A stretch of 64,000 nt of DNA from assembly GCA_036172245.1 (NCBI GenBank), contig JAYWIR010000021.1, positions 248,001 through 312,000 of the forward strand, given 5' to 3'. Below, piece after piece: positions 36,751-48,749 of the stretch (position 1 is the first letter of the stretch; each line of letters begins with the position of its first letter). Both the position numbers and the translations under genes were made by a program. The notes beneath the pieces are model-generated. The model was not told where the DNA came from and searched no databases. It worked only from the letters and a program-made list of their open reading frames with translations. Source of the stretch: Raillietiella orientalis (lineage: Eukaryota).

Positions 36751-37329
36751 ATGAAGTTTAAATTTAGCGAGAAATGACCTACGATGTATCACTTTCTCGT
36801 TTCTTCTGAAACGGAAAAAAAGTACGCTCTGGTTGTTAATTTCTAATGTCCTGCGATGAAATGGAAGATTTGCCAGTCGTCGTCAGGGAAGCTGGTCGCT
36901 CCCGGCTGTGAAGCCGCAAAGAGCGTCAGCGCTTTCCTGAAATGCTTATCCCACTTATGCGAAACACTCATCCCCCCCCCCCCTTTTCTTTTCTTTTTTT
37001 TTCTCCTAGCAGCGCGAGGGAGCAGCAGTGAAACGGTAGTAGCCGCGGACTCGAGTTGCAGCACTTCTGGGAGTCAGGATTTCACGTCCGCACCCATCGC
37101 CAGTGGGTTTGCCGCTCGTGCGCGGAGACCGCCTCGGCTTCCGTTTTGGCGGGCAATCAGAGCAAACACATTAGAAAAGAGGTGCGCTGCGCCGAAATCG
37201 GATCCACCACAGGGTGGACCCCTTCCACCCGCAGTACGGATCTTCGGCCCACCTATCCTCGTGTCCTCAGGGGAGCCGATTTCTGAGGATTGAGAACCGA
37301 AAGGCATAGAGGAAGCACTGCGTTGCTTT

Positions 37330-38310
37330 CCATATCAACTCTGCTGTGACACTGAGAATGGGGACTCTCTCGAACACGTCCCTACGGCGCCTCGCGAGGC
37401 TGTGCGTTTCTCGAAACGGGACGTCGGGAGTTTCGGGAAAAACAGATCTCTGGCCGCATGTAGGTCAACGCCACTTTCTGTGTTGCAGATTTTTGTACTC
37501 AAAGGCAGGTGAGGCTCTCAGTGATTTCATGCTGAAAGGGCCGACTTGGGGAAACACTGCGTTCTGGACCGTAAGGTGAGGCCCCTCTTCAGGTTTCCGA
37601 TGTTCCAGAGGAAGCGATTTCGGAAGCGCGCGCAGGCAGTCTCCTCAGCTTCCAGAAACTCCCCATTTTTCTGTTCGAGCTTCGCCAAGATCGCGTGGGC
37701 GAGATGCTCAGTAACGATCGACGTCTGACAACCATCAGTTCTCGACGAAGGAATTGCAGCTTATGCGAACCAACCGGCACAAAGCGAACTTCTGCTCGCG
37801 CAAATTGGTGCCAATCACGCGGGATGCTGAGCATAACCAGATGCTGACTGACCGTCAGGTTATTTGTGCTGCATTCGTGGTGGTTTCGGTCAGCAGTCCG
37901 AGCACAAGCAGACAAAAGGTCCACAAAAGCAACAACAGAGGGAAAACTCTTCCACGTCGTTAAATCTCCATCAGGGAAATTTCAGGGAATCCTTTGAAAC
38001 AGCGGACAGACATCCCTCCTCCCCCTCATCGCCTCCCCTCTCGGTTTGTGGATCGCATGCGGACTGCCAGCTCGTAGCTGATGCTTCCAACATTTCTGGA
38101 GGTATCGAAGTCAGCGGTTCGAGCCCTGGGGTCGGAGCCAACGATCAGCCAGTCGCCATCGAGGGCCACTGTTTTCTGCAGACAAAGCTGTTTTTCCGTT
38201 CCCTACGCGAAACCCCACTGCTGCGGTAGCAACACCGCTCTATGCGGCCACAGCGGCTCTTCCTTTCTTTCGCGACGAGCTTTGATCCACAAAGTCCGTT
38301 CTAAGGCGGA
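37330..38310 (+). mobile_element. N-terminal zinc-finger region of an RLE-clade element
   Basis: SGKTDLWPHVGQRH and LCGHSGSSFLSRRALIHKVRS resemble decayed C2H2 fingers. Confidence 0.3.
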
Positions 38311-38329
38311 ACTTTGTCCGAGTGACTCC

Positions 38330-39900
38330 AATGCCACGAACGGAGAAGAATCCTTCGATGCATTGCTTATCGACTTTTCTAGAAAATTCAGGCTCACCAA
38401 GACGCACACTCGCCATGGTGGGGAGAAATGCTCGTTTCATGCCAAGGCATCCTTCATCACTGATGCAAACTTCTTGAAGCAATGGATCCAGATGACTTCT
38501 TCGGCTGAGGCGGGTAACACTGCTCGATCAGGTATGCAGCGAAGAAAGGGGGCTGCGTTTGATGGCATCTGCTCGTCTTCTACTAGCATCAGGGTGAGCT
38601 GACCAGTTGCCTCCATTTCTTTGACCGAACCATCTGGTTTTCTTCAATAGCTTTTTACAAGCTGCACGCCGATCTTGGGGAGATCGCTTCCCGCTCGAAG
38701 GTTTTCTCAGGAACGCCTCAGGCAACTGTCAGTAACCTCACTTTCACATCTTCATCAGGCAGTCTCACTGGGAATTAATAAACAATTACTGCCAGTAAGA
38801 TCCAGCCTAATGTCTTTTGCTGATTTGTTCCAGCAAATCAGCAAAAGACCAGCAGTAATTATTAATTCGATTCAATGGGATCTAGAAACTGATGACCTCT
38901 CCGGCAACAGTTTCTTTGGGAACCCAGAACAAGGACAACCCTACAGGAAACCCACATTTGATTTATTGTACATCGTATATGAAGAGCGTCACTCCAAGAG
39001 AAGTTCCCTGCTCCGAATTCATGGAAGAATTGAGGGTTATAAGAATTTTCCCATCCGAAGTCATCAAACGAGCTACTTCCTGGGTTTCCCCGGGTAACCA
39101 TTTCCATTCGAGCATTCATGAAAAAGCTGTCTTCAGATGCATACTACACTCCTAGATCCATTATTTTGTCCCCACATCTCCAAGAAAGCTCTCCTGTTAA
39201 GAAATTAAACATGGGATAGAGTGGGCTTGAGTTTTGTACCTATCTCCACATATTACTTGGTTGCCTCATGTATATACATAGGGTTCTCTTTAAGATGTCC
39301 ATAACTCCTTGGTGAGCCACGCATTTCCCATTCACTCATAAATGAGATTTTTCGCTGACAGTTTCTTCAGAAGAGTAAAGCATTCAGGATTCATTGGATG
39401 TTATCCGAAACGACACTGCTAAACCGGTAGGTTTGCAGCGTCTTCCTTGCTCACGGCATGCTGCTCGACTTTTCTAGAAAATTCAAGCTTACAAAGGCTC
39501 ACACACACCAGGATGGGAAGGGATGCTCGGTTCGCCCCAACGATGCCTTGGGAATAATTTATTCCTCAAAGCGGACAGTCGAAATGCCTGGAGGCTTCTT
39601 TGGGCCCCACGGTGAGGTGTGCAGGTCATTCTCTGCCGGAGATGCCGCGTGCAAAGGACCTCCAGGAACGCTCGCTGCGAGCCTCTCTTGCACCTCACCC
39701 TCTACCTGAAGACCATCTCGAAACGATTGGAAGCACTGGTGGCTCCGCTTTGCATCTGCTCCGTCAGCTTCCCTGCATCCCGTGCTCCTCTTCTCCACTT
39801 TTCGAAACCCACTTGTGCCGCACCCGTGCCCTCGAAAATTCGAGCCATTCGAGCCATTGGTGGCGACTGACTGCAAGGATGGGGGAGGAAGCACATGACG
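38330..39900 (-). mobile_element. Two tandem RLE 3' ends
   Basis: A related segment of about 90 nt (gacttttctagaaaattca.gct.ac.aa) occurs at about 38365 and about 39460. RLE-like peptides include KTRWFGQR..SAHPDA and PKASLGR. Confidence 0.5.
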
Positions 39901-39989
39901 TCAGGCGAACTTCGCTCACCATTCCTGTCACCATTTAGTGTAAACGACAAACTCCTGCACTCTCTTTTTCTCTCTTTACTCCTTGCATG

Positions 39990-40686
39990 GAAAATAAAAA
40001 AAGGAAGAAGCTGCTTCGAAGGGTGCGTGGATCTGGAGGTGGTGGAGGAGGGAGGATTAAAAATCGGATCAAAATTTCAATTAAACGCACCAGTGGTAAT
40101 CACTTGAGATTCCAGGACCACAGATTCATCTACGTAGCCAGGCTAAACGTCCTACCGGTCAGGGCTGGGCTCAGGATGAAACTAGAAGAACGCGTGTGTC
40201 GGCGCTGCCGGATAGAAGACGAGACGCTGCTTCACAGGTTAAATAGATGCAGGAGACACTTTCATGTGTCCACTGACGACGTGACGCGACTGAAGAGATG
40301 ATCATCAAGGCCTTAGTGGATGAACCAAAGTGGACCCTAGTGTCCAGTTTGTGATTAAAAAAGGAAACCGGTTCGTAGTGCTGGACATCTGCTTCCCGTA
40401 CGAGGGTGGAAGAGAGGCGTTCAGCGCAGCTAGGAGGAGAAAACGGGAAAAATACAAGGGAGTAGCCCCCCAGCTGGGAAGAGAGGGGAAGCAATGCAAG
40501 CTGCACGCTTTCATCGTTGGCTCTCTGGGAGTCTGGGATCCAGGTAACCAGGAAGTGCTCCAGGATCTTAGGATTCGGAAACACCACTTGGTGACGATCA
40601 GGCACCGGATGGTAGCTTCGTGCATCCGATACTCCAGCGACATCTATGCAGTCCACGTCACAAGAAAGACCGACAAACAGATGTAG
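39990..40686 (+). mobile_element. Best-preserved NeSL/Utopia-like 3' end (CCHC zinc knuckle + RLE endonuclease), frameshifted
   Basis: LRFQDHRFIYVARLNVLPV...CRRCRIEDETLLHRLNRC, then VLDICFPYEGGREAFSAARRRKREKY...AFIVGSLGVWDPGN...SDIYAVHVT. Confidence 0.9.
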
Positions 40687-40879
40687 CAGGAGAATCCCAG
40701 CGGCCAGCTCTCGCGAGACGAAGAACAGGAAGCCGAGGAAGGGACATGCTGAGGGGCAACGAGGCCCCAGATGAGCAGAGGCATTTTTTTGGAAGAATGT
40801 CAAGAGTCCCCCTCCCTCCCCCCGTAACATGTTGTCTGATTGAAATAGATCATTTCAATTTCTTTGGACTCAAGGAAAG

Positions 40880-41185
40880 CGCTTCCTGAGCTGTGCTACT
40901 AGCCTCGCATGTGGAATCAAATCTGGAAGCAATTTCGGAGTCGGTCAAGAGCTGGGGAAGGGGAAACGCGTCCCAAACTTTTGCTGCAGCACCCTCCGCA
41001 AGACTTGCTTCCTCGCGGCTCCATGCTTTTGGGCGGAGGCCATCACAACGGAGCGAAGGAAAGAATTGTGGTGAGGATGGAGCGGGCATCCGAATGCAAC
41101 AGTTAGCCAGGACTTCCAAGAGGTCTCTTCGGAGACGCGGTGATGCCGCTCAGAAAAGGTGCACTGAGACAAATCCCCAGGCAGT
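40880..41185 (+). mobile_element. Mariner-type transposase C-terminal fragment
   Basis: LLQHPPQDLLPRGSMLLG (HPPYSPDLAPSDF.LF) and QKRCTETN (W.KC...NG). Confidence 0.45.
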
Positions 41186-41229
41186 TGTGTCAGAATGCAT
41201 GGCACCGAGTGATTGCTGTTCCAGACTAA

Positions 41230-42340
41230 GTCATGCCGCACAAGAAATGATGCAGAATGTCCATCGCTTTCTGTGGACAGTGGACAAGGATGGATTGTTC
41301 GCTCTGCTAAGAATTCTAGGAAAGCTCAAATCGACCCGAGGCTCCTTGAGAATCTCTCGAAAAATTGGATGCAGTCATCCTTCTAGAAAGAAATGCAGGA
41401 GAGTCTGGCGGGAGATTCCACGCCTCACGAGATTCCGCTCAGAACTGTTGGGAGCCATATGAGTCTCTGTTTTTCTTCAGCCGCTTTGGTTCCTGGATGT
41501 AGAAAGCTGGTGAAAAGCAAGGGGAAGGAAAGGGGCATCGAAGCAAGTGAATAAACCTCGATGAGACGCGGAGAGCCAACCCCCCTCCCGTGGTGTTCCA
41601 GAAGGAGAGACTACTAGGAGCAACAGTTTGGAGCGAGGAGCTGGACGAAAATGCCCACGGCGAAGCGGTGCATTTTCCTCCAGGCATCACGAGCTGGGGG
41701 AAAAGAAAGCGTTTGTTTCTCTCGACAGCGTTCCTCCTGTTCCGTTTTCCAGTCCCGTGTCAGATGGCATTCTCCTGTCACTTTCGTCCTCTGACGCATA
41801 AGTGCAATGGGCACGCGGCAAGAGGCAGCGGAAGATCTCAAAAGTCGTTGCACGGAAGAGAACGATGTATCCGAATGGGAAGATGAAACTGCAGGTTCGT
41901 TTCTGGCAGTGAAAGCACTCACGAAGGAGTCCACGTGATTCACGACTCGGAGAATCGCAACGGGAACTTTCTCGCGGGTAGGAAATTCTCTTTCCCCCTC
42001 CGTCGAACGTCAACATCTGCCATCGGTGGACAGGAACAACAAAGACGGAAAAAGCAGCAGCAGAGATGTGCAGAACAGGAGAAAGAAAAGAAAAAAAGCC
42101 GCAAAGTGGTGCGAAAGGATCGCTGACTGTTCGTGTGGAGAGTAGGAGAAGAGGGGAGGCGGTTCCGAGCACTACCGCAAAGCCGAGATGGCGGCGAAGA
42201 GTTTCAATGCACCTCTCGGCAGGCTGAGATTGGAGATGAAGTTGCGACCCGCAAGAGAAAAGCGGGAGAAAGAAGCCAGCAATCGCTCTTTGATGAAGGG
42301 GAGTCAAAGAAGGCCATCTTGTATCGAAAACAACAAGAAA
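41230..42340 (+). mobile_element. Tc1/mariner transposase remnant
   Basis: TRGSLRISRKIGCSH (HTH), INLDET (DE), LFVWRV and RRPSCIENN (R..CI..NG). Confidence 0.4.
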
Positions 42341-42599
42341 AAAAAAGGGACTCTGAAACAAACAATCGGCTTCTCAAAGACGGACGTGAAATACGAGCGA
42401 GAACGAGAGACAGCTTCTTCGGCGGACCCATCCTGATAAAAACGAAGGAGCCGCGTTCTTCAAACGGCTTCAGATTCCCCCTTTTTCTCCCGTTCATTCA
42501 GTGCGGACCTCTTTTACATCAAGCAGGCAAATATTTGACTGCCAGCTCGAGCCGAGGATCGTGACCGGAAAAACCCCGCGTCTCCCCCTGGCTGGAAGC

Positions 42600-44260
42600 G
42601 GCTGACGATATCCAAGGAACCGTCTCACCTCCCCCTGCCTACTTTCACCCCTCTCGGGTTTCGTCCTGGAGAGTTTCAGCTACGAGCCCTCCTCCACATT
42701 CAGGCCTTCAGCCCAGAACGGGGAGGGGGGGAACCCTACAAGATCCGCAGAACGCCTGACGAGACCAGGCGGAGGAGGAAGACCAGCGTTGGGGGACTCT
42801 GGCCAGGCTGAATCAGCTGCCAGGAGCGCGCATCCGACATCCCCGCAGCTCCTTCCAGGACGGTCTCACGGAAGAAGCACGCCGTCCCTGGCCACATCCG
42901 CGGACGAGGAGCAGAATTCCAGGATGCGCTTCCCGGGAAACTCCAGAGGGAAACTCATCCTGCATTCATTCCCTCGCAGGGGCAGAGAAGGAGAGAGTCC
43001 GGAACGGTGCGGGGAGAGGCAGAAGCAGCCCTCCCTGTTTCTCAGCCCTCTCTTCCCGTCGTTCCCGCGCCCCAGAACGCAGCGTTTTGCGAGTCTCGGT
43101 TCGGTATTCTGGGTCTCGGGCATCATACTGGATCGGAAAGGATGCAGGAAATCCAAAGAGGAGGGTCCGCGATCCGCCCACCCCTTCGTGCATCCGAACT
43201 GCGGTGGGTACGCTGAGCGACCCGCAGGCACGGAAGATGCCAGCCTTCTGGTGTTTCTGGGAGTCTCCAGCCTCCGCCTCCGTACTCATCGCCACTCTTC
43301 GGCTGGAGTCAGCGCTCTGACGACCAGCCTTGCCGCAATCTCCTCGCGTGTCCCTGCGTTCTCTAACCCCTCCGGCATGCTCCTTCAATGTCCGGCTCCC
43401 CAAAAGAGCAGAGCTAAAGGGCGACTGTCACCCTGACCACAGAACAGATCACCCCGCAATCACTTGACAGCTCCTTGAACGCAGGCACCTCGTCGCTTTT
43501 GCTGCTCGACTCCTGAACTCACAGCAGACATCATCTGCAAGTTATTCCTGTCTTGCAGCCTTCCGTTCTTCGAAGGGTCATTTTACCGTCCACTATCGGG
43601 AGCCTGTTGGCAATCGCACCGCAGGGTGCACAAAGTCATCATCCTGAAGGATGACTATCCGCTTTTCACCCCAAACTGCGTCTGTGGTCACACCCAGAAT
43701 CCTCCTCCTCTCGGGAACACGGATAATTTCCTTTGCTGTGCTGCCTGCCCGACACCTTGCTCTCCCCTCGTGTCTCATTCGTCAGGTCACGGACGCCTCT
43801 CTCCCACGCCTCTGGGTTCTACCGTTCCCACCTCCCTCCCTTCGTTGCCTTCATGCAGTGCGCCTTTCGTTGAGGCCAGGAAACCTCTTGTGGACCACCT
43901 ACCGGGCTCAGGGTGGAAGCAGGCTGGAGGCAGGCCCGTTCCTTGGGCTGGTCAGGCGTCTGGATAATTCTTGCTGAATCCTCGCCCTCCGGTCCACGGA
44001 GCTGCCTGCCGCCAAGAGAGATAGCCAAGGAGACGTCGAATTGGGAACCGAATGCTTCCAGGGCCTCCCAACGGCCTTGGAGCGGTCTCCCATCCTCCCG
44101 GTAGTTTCTTCTTGCCCAGTTTGGGACATCGGTGAAATGCGAAACTGAGGGTGCTTCCCGGAGTGTACAGGGATGGCGCCAGCAAGTGGTATCTGGGAAT
44201 AAGGCAGGAGCGTTTCGCATCCCCTTGGGCTTCGACTTCGTTTCGAAGAGGAGCCTCAGA
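42600..44260 (+). mobile_element. NeSL-like RT-to-RLE remnant
   Basis: SLATSADEE (LAFADD), FASLG (YLG), QNPPPLG..CCAAC..LVSH (N.LPL..CRRC..H), REIAKE (K..KY) and FLLAQFGTS (VG.LG.W). Confidence 0.55.
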
Positions 44261-44362
44261 TCACCACCTCCCGGGATGCCCTAGCGGCGATGGTCATCGC
44301 GGAACCGACCGGACGGGCCACCAGAAGGCGAGCGAAGAGCAGCCACCGCATTGGTAGTCTCC

Positions 44363-44655
44363 TCCGCGCGTAGCAGCGAGCGCTGCGCGGTTCGAACCCC
44401 ACCCGGGGAAGGATCGATCGCGCCAGAAAAATGGGGGGTGAGTCGTAGGTTCGAGTTGCCCGCACGAGATGATGCCTCTCTTCGGGTGCGGCCGCACTGG
44501 TGGAGCCGGATGTTTCCGTTGACCGGCCGGGATTGGGAGGTGACCCTCCGCGAATCAGGGTGCCTGTTCCTTTTAAGGTCCCCTTCTTCAGTTCCAAAGG
44601 GGCCATCCTCCTCCACCGCTTATCATGGAGCCGATGGACTGACACTTCTTCAGAG
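44363..44655 (+). repeat. Conserved retroelement 5' cassette, copy 3, with tRNA-like T-arm/B-box
   Basis: gcagcgagcgctgcgcGGTTCGAACCCCacccggggaaggatcg...gtaGGTTCGAGTtgccc...gtgcggccgcac...gaccggccgggat...tcctccaccgcttatcATGgag. Confidence 0.75.
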
Positions 44656-45439
44656 TATCAAGAAGTGCGCTGCTCCTTCCGGAGAGTCCCGACCCTCTGA
44701 AAAAATTCGGAGGCGTCCCTTCGGGGTCCTCTTCAGAATAGGAAACAGAGGGAGGTTCCCTTGCGGATTCCCTCCTGAGAAGAAACGAAGAGCGGCCCCT
44801 ACGAACCGGATGGTCTCCGGAGAGAATGAGGGCGAGGGTTTCCTCCCAGGCGTAAGAGGAACATACGACTGACTTGTCCTCCGGAACTTTCCTGGGTTCA
44901 TAGGGTGGTTTCCTTCCAGGGCATCACCTATAACTTGGAGAAGACTCTCACGCACCCTTGAGCGACGTGGAATAGTGTTAAAGAGCTCTGTGGGTCCACT
45001 TCTAGGGAGGCGAACGGTTCTTCAGCACTCCTTGATAACCAAAGAAAACCACGGGGTCACGGAGTGCAGTCGATCAGGTTCACACGTCCTCTTTTCCATA
45101 TCCTGAGGGAGCGGATCGGCGAAGGTAAGTGGAACAAAAGTTGCAGAAAGCCTCTGCGCCGGACGCCGGTTCGGGGATCAGCTGTTACGTCAAAGTCACC
45201 AGGATGTAGGGGTCCCGAAGACAGGTTTCAAGGGTTCCAAAGAGTAGTTTAATGCACCTGCTGCATCAGATAGGTGGCGTCTTGGGCACCAAGCCGATAA
45301 GGACGGGTTCTCTTGAGAAAGATTCCGCCGCGGGTTCCGATCCGCCATTTTCCACTCTCTTCCTCAGGTCGCAGCCAAAGACGGCGCCCAGGCAGGGAGC
45401 AGGCCGTCCTCTCGGACCGGCACCTAGCTTCGGGGGAGG

Positions 45440-47450
45440 AGAGTGCTGCTGCTGAAACACTCTGCTGCCCGCGAGTCATACGCACTCTGGAGGTCTTGCG
45501 ACCCCGAGGTGCGTGTAACACATGGGTAGCGGCCATCAAGCAAGGGGAAAAAAAGCTCTTCATGTTGTCCAGCGCTTGGACAGCCAGCCAGCCTTGTGGA
45601 CAGATGGCTATCTCCCGTATCTGCCTTGGCGAGGCGAAAGCGCTGCACACGCGCAAAAACAAACAAAGCGTCTTCCGAAGCTGGAGATCAAAAGGCAGAC
45701 ACCCCCTCCGCTCTGGACCGCGTCTGCGGAAGTCGTTCGTGTGCTCAGCAGGCGAGGCGTGCTCCGGAGTGCACGCGGAATTCGAGAGCTGCTCTCGTGG
45801 CCGTCACGACGGTCAGGGAAACGTGAGGGATGACACGGAAAAGTGGAGGTTTTCTTCGAGGGAAGAGAGGACAGTCGCTGTCGGGCAGCGGAGGAACGCC
45901 GCCGCACTCTTCTGCGGTCTGCTTGCAGGTCACCACTCGCGGTCTCCAGGGTGAGCACGAGGAGCAGGACGTCCCTACCAGCCAGAGAACTGAAATTGTC
46001 GAACTGCCCGCTCGGAGTCGGCCACACCGGGATGATGGCGAGGGAGGCTGCTGCTTTCTTTTCTGGAGAGCCTCCGCCCTGTTCCCTGCGAAGAACTGCC
46101 CTCGTGCGCGTTCGCTCGTCGCTTCGGCCTTCTCGTAAGGCCGACCGCAGCAGGAAAGGGTCAGACGGATTCGAGTGCCCATTGAAGCGGCCGCAAGCGT
46201 GCTTCCGAAGAGGAGGAGGGGTCTTCAGGTCACAGCTTTCTGCTGTAGCTTCCGGAAGGGGGAGGAAAGAGCGCACTTTTCACCTTAATGGAACGAAAAG
46301 ACGGAGGAGAGGAGGGGATAGCAGCGTGGACCCCTGGGAGGCAGGGCGATGTGCAGCGTATGCACCTCTCTGCCTGGAGACGATGCACCATCTTGCGAAC
46401 CTCAACAGGGCGGCGCCAGAACTTGGACAATGCGGGCAAGGCAAAGCGGAAATCGGCTGCTGACTGCGGTGGGAGGCGCGCATCCTCCGCATCGGAAGAG
46501 CAAAAACGCGGGGTTTGAATGCCCCAGACCGCCCTTCGTTACGGTTCCAGCAGGACACAGGTCGCGGTACTGAATTCGGACGGTTCGCTGCTCCCCCGGA
46601 GACCATAGGGAATCTTGGACGGAGGAGCGCATCCCAGAAGTACCTTGGTGAACTAGCCAACCCCGTTTCGGGATCCGCTTGTTTGACGAGAGGGCGTCCC
46701 AACTGGTTGCCCCACGTTTCCTGTCAGTGTCTATTCTTGGCGCTCCTGCGATGGCTTCGCCGGTCGTGTTGCCCGGACCAAAGAGGCCCTTGGGGCACCG
46801 GACCTTGGACATATTTCTGAATAGATCATCTTCGGAGAAGAGGAAGAGAAGGCAGCAGAAACGGCGCCCAACGAGTGAAGGGAGTAGGAGCAGAGCTGAT
46901 GTCGACCGGGAAGTCATCGCAGAAGACAAAAGTAGAAACGAGCGCCCCTGGTGACACCTTCGTCACCTTAGGTGAAGACCCCAATGGGTAACCAACACAG
47001 CAGCCATCCTCAATCGCTCTCAAGGAGGAAGATGTGATGGCTCTAGCCTGGAACCTTCGGGATGCTCAACTTTGTGCCCATCCACCCGAAGCGTGGTCAC
47101 TGCAGGAGGACGACAAGAAAGCCAAAGATGGATGGCGTCCGACTTCGCGAAATGGAGGGTATACAGCGTGAGAATTCCTCCTGGCCGCGAGCAGAAGAAG
47201 AGGATACGAAGCCCCTCCAGTGTTCCGGGAAGACGAAACCGAGTGGCGGATTCTGTGGCAACTGGGGCTGAGCGCATTCTTCTTGAAGCTGCCTGGACTC
47301 CGGCGCCCGATCCGAGAGAGCACTTGCGTCCTCTTCCTCCAGATAATCCTGGTCGACAGCCAGCCGCATGGGGGCTATAGCGAGGTCTATTTAGTGCCAC
47401 TCCTCGGGGGTGCCGTCCGGCGGTGCGTCGTGGAGGATGCGGCCGCGTGC
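45440..47450 (+). mobile_element. THAP + P-element (THAP9-like) transposase remnant
   Basis: Ordered motifs: NTWVAAIKQ..W..S.PC (THAP), PSRKADRSRK..FECP (S.KAY..LR..LP), PLCLETMH (L.FDEM), RGLNAPDRP (GLN..WK.P), LLRWLRR (HLLK.IRN), TFGMLN (FD.LN) and PDPREH (QD.LE). Confidence 0.65.
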
Positions 47451-48085
47451 CTTCTGAGTTTCGCGTGCGCGCGCGGTTCGGCTCGCGGCCGGCGCTGAGC
47501 GTGCAGAGTTGCAAGACGGGTCCGTCGCGAAGGAACTCTGCGGACCCGTTGCCACGCGCCCTCCGTGTGGGTTCCCAACCGGTCGGCGAGGCGGCGGAAC
47601 ACGGCCGCCATGTTTCGCGGGACGCCGCACGAACGAAAAGCGATCCACGGACGCGCGCGCGCGCTAGACCCCATGGGATGTTTTCGAAAAGCATCTGAGG
47701 AGGACCTCCCGCCTCGTCTTTGCCGGCCTCGTTCGACCGGATGACCCAACTTGCCACGCATGCAGAGTTGCCATCGGTGACGTTCCCGCTGGCGTGCTCA
47801 GCTCTCCTGCCGTCCTTCGCCCTGCTGCGACCCCCCGCCTTCCTCAGGGTTACCCCGGATGCGTTTTCCATTTCCTGGCGGCCCGTTTGCATTCTGCACC
47901 GCGGACACTTGCAGTCGCAAGCTGCCCTCCAGGGAAGCGCCTCAGCAGCTTCTCATCATCTCCGCCTCGCTTCCCGCCCGCTCACTCTGCCAGCTGCTTT
48001 TGCGGTTCGCCTTGCCACGCTCCCTTCCCCTCCCCTCACTCCAGAGATCCAGATCGGGTTAAGTTCAAAGTCCCCAAAAATCCTT

Positions 48086-48370
48086 AAAATAAATGCATTC
48101 GTTCACTATGTATTTTAACATGCGTATCTATGTGTATTTATTATGTATATTTATACATGTATATATGGACCAATATATACTATAATGAGTATAAAAACAA
48201 ATGCATTCGTCCACTGCGCATACGGACATGTAATGTGGATTAATATACAAATTTATTTTAACATACGTGTTATTAATGGCAATATTATTTTAACACATTT
48301 ATATATTTATTTTCCATCATCTTCATAATACATATCACTCCGCACGTTAATCTGCATATGGATATACACA
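48086..48370. repeat. AT-rich island with internal direct repeats
   Basis: aaatgcattcgt(t/c)cact occurs at 48091 and 48199, and tattttaaca occurs three times. The composition breaks sharply from the flanks. Confidence 0.7.
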
Positions 48371-48749
48371 TCCAAGTATGTACAACGAAGAGGTGTATTC
48401 ATTCTTTATGACCCTTTCGAGTTTCCGAAGGGCGCGATGCAGCGTCTTCTTCGGGGGTGCACGTATGCTAAAAGTGGCACCCCAAATGCGAGTGCACGCG
48501 CTCGCATCCGCGGCCCTGATCGACCAACCGGGCTGTCGTCGGGCTGCTGCCTGCGAGGGGGCCCTTCTCGTGTAACCTGAATGCGCGCGACGGAGGGAAG
48601 GCCCCGGGAGCTCCCATGGGACGGCGCTATCGAGCCCGCCCCGGCGGGGCGAAGCACCCTTCCTGGACACTCTTCGAAAAAGAAAAAAATCCTGGAAGGA
48701 CGTGGAAAGCGTGAAAAGGAACGGATATGGAATTCCAGGACTTCACCCC

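Noticed and set aside
41005..41035. HDV-like gct-tcctcgc-ggc motif
   Set aside because: There is no convincing P2, P4 or J4/2. It is better explained as the mariner DLAPSDF-like coding motif.
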